Of a DNA stretch of 58,916 nucleotides, positions 51,335-58,916 are shown one piece after another. The DNA is taken from contig JABANN010000005.1 of NCBI GenBank assembly GCA_013115125.1, forward strand, positions 124,001 to 182,916, in the 5' to 3' direction. Each line of letters opens with the position of its first letter. The stretch's first letter is position 1. This DNA comes from Perkinsus olseni (lineage: Eukaryota). A program made the position numbers and the translations under genes. The notes beneath the pieces were generated by a model, which worked only from the letters and a program-made list of their open reading frames with translations, searched no databases and was not told where the DNA came from.

Positions 51335-52969
51335 TCAACGTCTCTTACTATGGCCGCCATGATGACCTTTACGACCAGCCGATGACGCCGTATCGGTTGC
51401 TGCTGTCGGTGAAGCAGGAACGTTTCCCTTGACGGCCTTGCACACCTTCTTATGGTCCTTCCAGCCCTTCTTTTGACAAGTCACGCCACAGTAAACGGCG
51501 TTCTTGCACGGGCACTGAGCCATATGGCGATAGACTCTAGAACAAGTACTGCAGGCCGCGGGGTTCTTACTGAACCCAGCCTTCCTGAAGAAAGTTTGAT
51601 ACTTCTCCGCCATGCCTGGGGCCAGCGTCTGAGGGTCAGAGTAGCCGCCCAATTGCAGCTCCTCCTGCTTCTCGTCCGGGACTTCAGTTTCCAAACCCAG
51701 CTCAGAAGTCCCCACGCGGATGATCATGCACGTCATGTTGTCCTTAGAGTCCAAAAGATTGAGACAGCGCTGCAGGACCTCGGTAGCAATTTCGGCCAAG
51801 TCCTGACCACTCTGCGCCCGTACCATAACTTCCCGAGCAACATCTTCATTCGACATGACGTCAAAGACACCATCACAGGCCAGCACCACCCAATCACCAG
51901 CCTCAACGACAACTTCCTTCACGTCAGGCACGGCGATGCACTTCTGTTTATCCGCCGAGAGATCCTCGTCGTCCTTGTAGGCAAAATCTCCCAACCCTCT
52001 TGAGAGCGCCAAAACCCCGCAAAGCCTAGCTGGTTCCTCAGAGCTCACAAAACCGCCAGCCTCTTCAATCCGAGCCTTCTCCTCGGGATCGTCCGGCTTG
52101 TGGTCCTTCGTGGCAGCCAATAGACCGACGTCCTCCTCCGAAAGAGCCGCTAAGTTCTTCTTCGAACCCAGCGGATCACCGCCGCCGAGTAATCCCCTAT
52201 CACTACTAGCCTCTGTGCTATCATCGTTACACAGCTGCTTCGTGACGTCATCCTGAGCCCTCTCCAGCTTCGCCATATCAACGTGCTTGCCGGAGAACAC
52301 CACCGCACGGGAATCGCCAGCGTTCATAATACGAACCTTGTACTTGCCATTACCGAGTGGCGTCACCTAAGGCAGACAGCACAGCCGGATGAGGTTCGGT
52401 GATTGGATAAGGAATAAGCGATGACTCTTTTTTGTACCACAACCTAGGGCGTACTCAATAAAGGTAGGAGAAGGTTGAGTAAGTAGAAAAAACATCGAAC
52501 CATCCACGAGCGCCCGATACTACTATTTCCATTGAGACTAGCTCACACGACCCTGGAGAACACTATCTTCCTTCCAACCCAGAGGTAAACGCGTAACGCC
52601 CTTCCCCCCTACAATAGAAGCCACCACGACGGCACCAGCCTCAGAGTGGCTCTGTCTCAAAGCCTCGTCAGTCGCTAAGAAGCCGGCCTGAATGCCCTGC
52701 ACAGTGCGGTCTTCAGGATCCCCAGCTGACTCATTTAGCTGCTTAGGGAGCTCCTTAGCGCCGAACTCGGCCGCGTCGTCTCCGGTATGGCCATCAAGGA
52801 CCGCGAAGAATCCTTCCTCGTGTGTGAGGCCCCAGTCCAAATCTATGCAGTGCGCGTCCTCGTGAGATATCCTCCATCCCTGAAGCGTTGCCACGCCGCA
52901 CTGGAATTTATCGTTCGCGCGCCGCTGCAGATGGACGGCAGTAACGGGGTGGGAAAGTAGTCCACCCAT
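51335..52969 (-). CDS. Protein phosphatase 2C (PPM) with a C-terminal MYND zinc finger; two exons
   Basis: MGGLLS start, QGWRISHEDAH, VLDGHTG, NAGDSRAV, DHKP, LALSRGLGDF, LACDGVFD, SKDNMT. Tail CSTC..CPCKNAVYCGVTCQKKGWKDHKKVC. Confidence 0.93.
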
Positions 52970-53881
52970 TGCGGAAAATTAAGGAGAAACACCACAAACC
53001 TTCGAAGAAAATGGAAAAAACCGCCGCAACTGACTCGACCAAACCGAAGCCAGTAATTGCCTTCCACGAAACCAGTGGGAAACCTCCAAAATTCATGAAC
53101 GATCCTGACTGAACCCGAGCTTGCATGCGAAATTGAGGAGAATTCTGATCGCTTCGCTCCGCTGTGCCCGAGAGTCTTCGAGGACATGCATTATTACCAC
53201 GCTTCTCAGAGAAAGCTCCTCGGGTGTTGAGTTTAATGCCACCAAATGCAGCAACAGGCTCGCAGCCTCGTACGAGTTCTGTTCAGAAAAATAGTCCGGA
53301 AAATCAGAAGTGATTATTGAGAGATTTACTACAGTAAAACGGGGTCCGAGTAGCAGAGTTACTTCGCGGAACACCGGGACTGTCTAAAATGCTACCGCGC
53401 ATCAAATCAAAATAATCGATCACTATGGCGCGCGCTAACGTAGTCTAGAGAGTTAGGATTGCACGAGATAGCAAGATGAGCTCAGCCAACGCTGAGCAGC
53501 GCCCTAGGGCGGACGCTGGAGGTTGGTTTGGTCTCCGCCGTAATGGCTAGAGAAGTGTCGTGTTGGCTACCGCTTGGCTGGTTCTTGACACTGACCGCGG
53601 TCTTGTTATTCTCGGAGTAGGTGTAGTCGTTGTAGGTGTCCTACCGCCGTCGCACTCTAGTGCGGCACTAAGCGCAAAATTTATGGCTGAGATTCTCGGG
53701 TGAGTTCAACTCACTGAGTTGTCCCGCTGTCGCTTTGAGTATCTTACTTCTTGTCGGATAAGGTTGATAGGGTCGAGTGTCTCTGGCAGGGTTAATGGTG
53801 GTGGCTTGCTGGGGAGGACCTGGGTGAGAGTATGGGGAAATGTGGTACGATTGTAGTTGTTAGTCCGCTACTTCATTCACC

Positions 53882-55589
53882 ATGGCTGATCTCGTTTACT
53901 TCAACATCGATGACGGTCTAGGAGAGGGTCTCGTCAGAGGCCTTCGCTCTGGCTTCCTCACTGCCGATGACTACCGTCGTATTGCTAACGGAGAGAACTT
54001 AGAAGGTAATAACAACGCTAACAGTCTCTGTGCTCCCGCACCGCTTTGATCAGATCTCCGAACGGCACTGGAGGACACTGACTACGGCACCTTCTTGCAG
54101 GATGAACCTAGCCCTCTTCAGGTAGGGTCTCATCATCGCCATTCCCTTCTGTGCGCATGCCGGGTCTTCAGACCTCCACTATCCTGCGCAAGTGCCACGA
54201 GCGTCTCGCTGAGGAGTTTGACTACGTCCGAGCTCAGTCGGTCGGCGAGATGGCCAAGTAGGGAAGACACAACAGCTGCTGTGTTTATGCGCCTTCTCCC
54301 AGGTTCATGGATTATGTCCGTCAAGAGGCGATGATTGATAACGTGGTCATGCTCATTCAGGGTACCATCAACAACAAGAATCCTAAGGTAACGACACCGT
54401 GCGCGTTTTCTTCGCTCCTTCGTACTCGTACGTGTCTCAGGATCTTCTTGCTCGTTGCGATCCCCTTGGCTATTTCGATGAGATGAAGACCATCCCCGGC
54501 ATGGACTTCACGCATGGTTATGAGGACCTGTACCGCACCATCCTTGTCGATACTCCTCTGGGACCGTAATAATACTAATCGCTATGCCTCAGTCATCTGT
54601 CTTCTCTTCTCAGCTACTTCGAAGAGTTCCTCAACTCGAAGCATGTCCACACTCACACTGAGGGCCAGAGCGCCGCCGCTCAGGGTGGCCCTACTGGCGC
54701 CACCGCTGTCGTCCAACACGGCGAGGTTCACAATATCCTCACTGAGACCGATCTCGAGATTCTCAGGAATGTAAGAGGGCGGGACGCTCCTTGTCTAGTG
54801 TTTCATTGTGTTTTCTGAGCAGTTCTTGAAGAAGTGCTGGATGGAGAGTTTTTACCGTTTTTGCATCAACGGCAGTGAGAACAGCAACACTGCGGAGGTC
54901 ATGGGCCACATCCTCAAGACGGAGGCTGATTACAGAGTAGGACGAAGACTGCCGTTCGAAGATGGTTCTGTTATCGTCTTCGCCGCAGGTTTTAATGGTC
55001 ACCCTCAACGCCCTTAACTCGCCTCTTGGCACTGCTCAGAACTTGGACGAGCGTAACGCTCTCTATCCTGACTTCGGGTAGGTCCCTGCTGGCCACTGTG
55101 CGAGGGTCATGTTCGTTGTGAAGGTACTTGTACCCCGAGGGAACTGATAAGCTCATGAAGGCCACTTCGGATACCGCCGTCCGCGCCGCGTTGGAGCCTT
55201 ACCTCAAGTAGGTCATCGCTCGCCCCGCGGGAAGCGGTTGATTGTCCTTTGGCAGGTATGCTCAGCTCTACGACCAGTGCAAGCAGTTCTATGAGCATGA
55301 TTCCAACGTCGAGAAGACGACTCAGGGCCGCTACAAGTCGATTGAGGATCTCTTGTACGTCGAATCGGTGCGGATGTTCGAGAACGCCTTCGAGGAGCAG
55401 TACCATTACGGTATCATCTACGCTTGGGTCAAGCTGCGCATTCAGGAGATGAAAAATATCGAGTGGATGGCGAACATGGTAGGCTGATGAGTCGCTGTTT
55501 GTCCGGCTATTCACTGTCCTTTTCAGATTGTTCTCAAGAAGAAGGAGCATGTTGAGGAGATTGTGCCCATCTTCGCCCCTCGCGTGTAA
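53882..55589 (+). CDS. VMA6: V-type H+-ATPase V0 subunit d; multi-exon
   Basis: MADLVYFNIDDGLGEGLVRGLRSGFL, LEDTDYG, MIDNVVMLIQGT, ILVDTPL, TAEVMGHILKTEAD, FEEQYHYGIIYAWVKLRIQEMKNIEW, ending VPIFAPRV*. Confidence 0.95.
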
Positions 55590-55936
55590 GCTAGAAGTCG
55601 GCAAGTTTCTAGAGAAGTAGTGGATGCTGCTACTGAGGAGGATTGTTCCTCGATTCCATTGGGCTGATGAGACCCTAGACTAGTATTTTGTTCAACACCT
55701 CAACCTCATTGCCGCCAGCTTCATCTCGTCGCCGCGCTATGCGACGCTGTAGTGGACTTGGTGTCTAGTGATACTTGAAGATTTCCAAGTAATATTCAAC
55801 AACCATTGTGTGTGATGTAGTCAATAATGACCATTGTGGTCGTGGTGGTAGCAGCAGCAGGAAAGTCGGCGGTCTCCAATGGAGGCTCGTGACGCTACTG
55901 ATGTACCGTTGAGTTGAGTCATCGTTTTACTCGACT

Positions 55937-57801
55937 ATGTTTCAAGCTTTGCGTCCTTCAATCGGTGGGTCATTCGGCTGTTATGGAGGTTACTCGGTCT
56001 CAAAGCTGGCTAGCCCGAGAAGAGGAGAAGGTGACAAGCGCGAAAGCAAGAGCGGCGTAGATACCCTGATCGCGGCACTACATGACAGTCACAGTGACAA
56101 GGAAGCCACAGTCCGCCTCGAGAAGTGGGCTCATCGTCTTCGAAAACCGCTAAGTGTCGGCTGTTTAGGTTGATGGGTGAGTTGAGACCAGAGACGGTGA
56201 ACAGTCGGGACCAGTACGGCAGAACGGCTTTGATGGGTGTTGCTCGATGGGGCACAACACAGCAGGTCGTCCTTCCAAAGGTCATCACACGTTGGCTAGC
56301 CTGCTGTGGTGCAGGTCGACAACTGTCTGAAAATGGGGGCTGACCCGATGCTATGTGACCGAAGCCGATTCAGCGTCCTCCACTACATGGCGAGACGCAA
56401 GGAGAAGCCTTCCCCTCAACAGGTACTTGGGGAATCATCTCAACGCGATGTCCGCGCCGCAGACTCTTCGGTGCACATGCTCTCGAGTTTTCGCTTTATT
56501 GACACAGCCTAGATTTTATGGCGGTTGTCTCCACAAAACGCGCAGCGGGTATAAAGGGTATCTTATAACTCGTCATCCGAATTCCGAAGCAATTTTGTCG
56601 TTAAGTGGTTGAGGATTTGATTACCACCATATCTTGAGGGTAGCTCGAAAGATGCTTCAAAAATATATTGGTTAAAATTCGCTTGGATATTCGCCGTGAG
56701 CTGTCCACAGCGGCTCGCAGCGGGAAAATTCATCGGCTAAGAATTCGCAAGCCTGACAGCCATCCGCTGTGTCCACTGAAAATTGCCGTTTAGGATATCC
56801 TACAGGATCGCTCGTGATGAACTAAATGGTACGAGTCGTTTATCAATTCAGCACGGTTCTTGGAATCCCTAATAGGTCCAGAGAGTGTGTGGGGCTTCGG
56901 GTACTTTGCTGGTAGTTGGCGCTCAGTGTTAGTCCAAAGCTTCAAGACACCACTGAATCAGTACGTTGTGACCGAAATCAGGTGAGCAACATGGTGGACC
57001 TGCTAATTGCTGCCAATGCCGAACCCCACGCCCCGAGCAAGTGTGGCGAGACGCCGCTTCAACTGGCAGTTCGGGGGAATGCTCATCCTGATGTTGCGAG
57101 GGAACTAGTGGAGAAGGTGGGGCGCTGCGGATGCACGAAATAGAGTATAATATCAGTACTATAGCACATGTATTAGAAAAGAATGACCATCATAATTATA
57201 TAACCACTTTACCTATCCCTGGCAGTGATTCGTCCGTCGATGTTTTTGACTCAACGCATGATATTCGAGGAATATTATGTTCTTGCTCTAATATATGACA
57301 GTAATGCTGGAGCTGCACGATGTGCCGCACAGATTTTCCAAGGACATTCTACAGTATGCCGTACCACTCGAGACAGATACTGGGTTGCTCAGCCCAACCC
57401 TCCGTCGCCTCTTGTTCGGTCACACACCCGCCGTCTACGGCACGAATGTCGGAGAGCTCTCTCGCATTGCGAGACCTCATCCAGAGAGCGTTCGAGAAGG
57501 GTGGCTACCCGGCCGGTGTGGTTGAGCAGGCGCTCAGTGACGGTGCTGATATCAACACTCGAGATCTGCATGGTCGGACGGCCCTGCTGCTGTGCGCCCG
57601 ATACGGTACGGCGTGGACTATAGCGTTAGCTGCGAAGCTCAGAACTTAGGTTCGCCTGACGATTTACGGAAGTTAGTTGAGAAGCATCAGGCGGAGGTAT
57701 TGCAGTGCGACAATCTCGGGAACACGGCCCTGCACTACTGTGTTCGCCCTCGCGGGAAGCCGGGACTGGAAACTGTGCAACATCAAGAAGATATGATCAA
57801 G
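55937..57801 (+). CDS. Ankyrin-repeat protein; multi-exon, ends uncertain and 3' part unresolved
   Basis: NSRDQYGRTALM, GADPMLCD..SVLHY, GETPLQLAV, GADINTRDLHGRTALLLCA, DNLGNTALHY. Confidence 0.8.
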
Positions 57802-57812
57802 TACGTTTGCCA

Positions 57813-57976
57813 TCCTGTTACTCATGATGCGCCTGTCGTCCTGTGCATGCCTGCATAGCAACCTCTTCTTCTCTATTGATGATAAGTTCATAATACTATC
57901 ATCATCCTATTTCTCTACTCGAAGGGGAAAGTGTTGCCCGTTATGCGCCGATCGTCCTGTGCATGCGTGCATAGCT
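57813..57976 (+). repeat. Two further copies (D, E) of the dispersed ~45-bp repeat
   Basis: 57813-57859 tcctgttactcatgatgcgcctgtcgtcctgtgcatgcctgcatagc; 57941-57976 ttatgcgccgatcgtcctgtgcatgcgtgcatagct. Confidence 0.85.
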
Positions 57977-58241
57977 AACGCCCCCCAGTGTTGCAACTCG
58001 TTGCTGAAACTTGGAAACTTGCAATACTTTCGATGTTAGCAGCACGCATAAACATAGGAAGAATAGAGAGAAGAAGTCTCAATGTTAGCTCAATATGATT
58101 CAGACGTCTTTGGAACTATTACTGTGAAGAACTACTGAGACCTATGACTATGTACGATGGCTTGCGTTAACTATAAGGGTCACATCAAGCACTCATTGCT
58201 CAACAATCATCCGAGAACGTTAACTTCGAAGACGTACTTCA

Positions 58242-58745
58242 ATGCCCCGTCAAACTAGAAGGAAGTCTACAGCTTCGGTGGCCACGCCATCGAGAGAGGC
58301 GGGGAACTCGCAGTCAGATCCGACGGGTTCTCCGAGTGTGGTTACAGAAGGGGTCGTAGCTAAGCTTGTCGAGAGGATTGAGGGCCTATCTGCGAAGGTC
58401 GAGGCCCTTGCCTCGCTGCCCCCAACGCCTCCCAATGTTACCCCCTTAACGCCATCCCAGCGGCAGCCTTTGGCCCAAGAGGACCCCCCTTTGCAGGTCT
58501 CCGCAGACGGAGTGTCGTCAACTGCCCAGCCGACCGATGCTCGCGGTAAGTGCTGCCAGATAGTGCAGAACGCTCGCAAGGAGGCGAGGCAGGAATTGAA
58601 GACGACTGACTTTCCTCGATTTACAGGAGGAAATCCGGAGGAGATCCCAGCTACGGTCGCTTTACCGGCGACGTCAGGGGGTGGTCTATTTTCTAATTCA
58701 AGAACAATCATCCGAGAAGAACTAAGCTATTGTGTAATTGGCTGA
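58242..58745 (+). mobile_element. Possible truncated gag-like ORF of a retroelement
   Basis: Intronless 167-aa ORF with a basic N-terminus, a short coiled coil (LVERIEGLSAKVEAL), a Pro-rich linker and DFPRFTGG. A 16-bp direct repeat brackets most of it. Confidence 0.4.
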
Positions 58746-58916
58746 CCCCTCTCCTATGAAACTGGCTTCCCTTCGATATTTGGCTCAAGATCTGATATGT
58801 TGGTATATGTCCTCAAGGCTATCATAAGTCCCCTCAAACTCCTGTAATGTCCCCTTTGCTCATCGACCATTTCTCCGTAATAAGTACCTTGGTGAAATGC
58901 TACTCTGAGAACAGTT

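Noticed and set aside
1..58916. CRISPR arrays, rRNA, complete tRNA genes or prokaryotic operons
   Set aside because: None seen. The window is intron-rich eukaryotic DNA and only partial tRNA-like arms were found.

Overview
Gene-dense eukaryotic (protist) genomic DNA with many short GT-AG introns and very short intergenic gaps. The intron size, gene content and retroelement type suggest a perkinsid alveolate such as Perkinsus; this is inference, not proven. From left to right the window holds: a decayed reverse-transcriptase remnant, a large GT15/KTR-like glycosyltransferase fusion, UPF1, UTP12/WDR3, an eIF4E-family gene, a secreted PAN/apple-like protein, three tandem WRN-type 3'-5' exonucleases, a RING-B-box-coiled-coil (TRIM-like) protein, two paralogous C2HC zinc-finger genes, a secreted methyltransferase, a degenerate kinesin, two tandem QSOX genes, a hypothetical protein, an SKL-terminated amidohydrolase, a PP2C-MYND fusion, V-ATPase subunit d, an ankyrin-repeat gene and a gag-like ORF. 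Almost all genes between about 2.5 and 53 kb lie on the minus strand. The most interesting non-coding signals are recurrent ~10-bp-phased A/T-tract patches, a dispersed ~45-bp intronic repeat, and tRNA 3'-half-like fragments inside introns. Exon boundaries were read by eye, and several gene ends are approximate.
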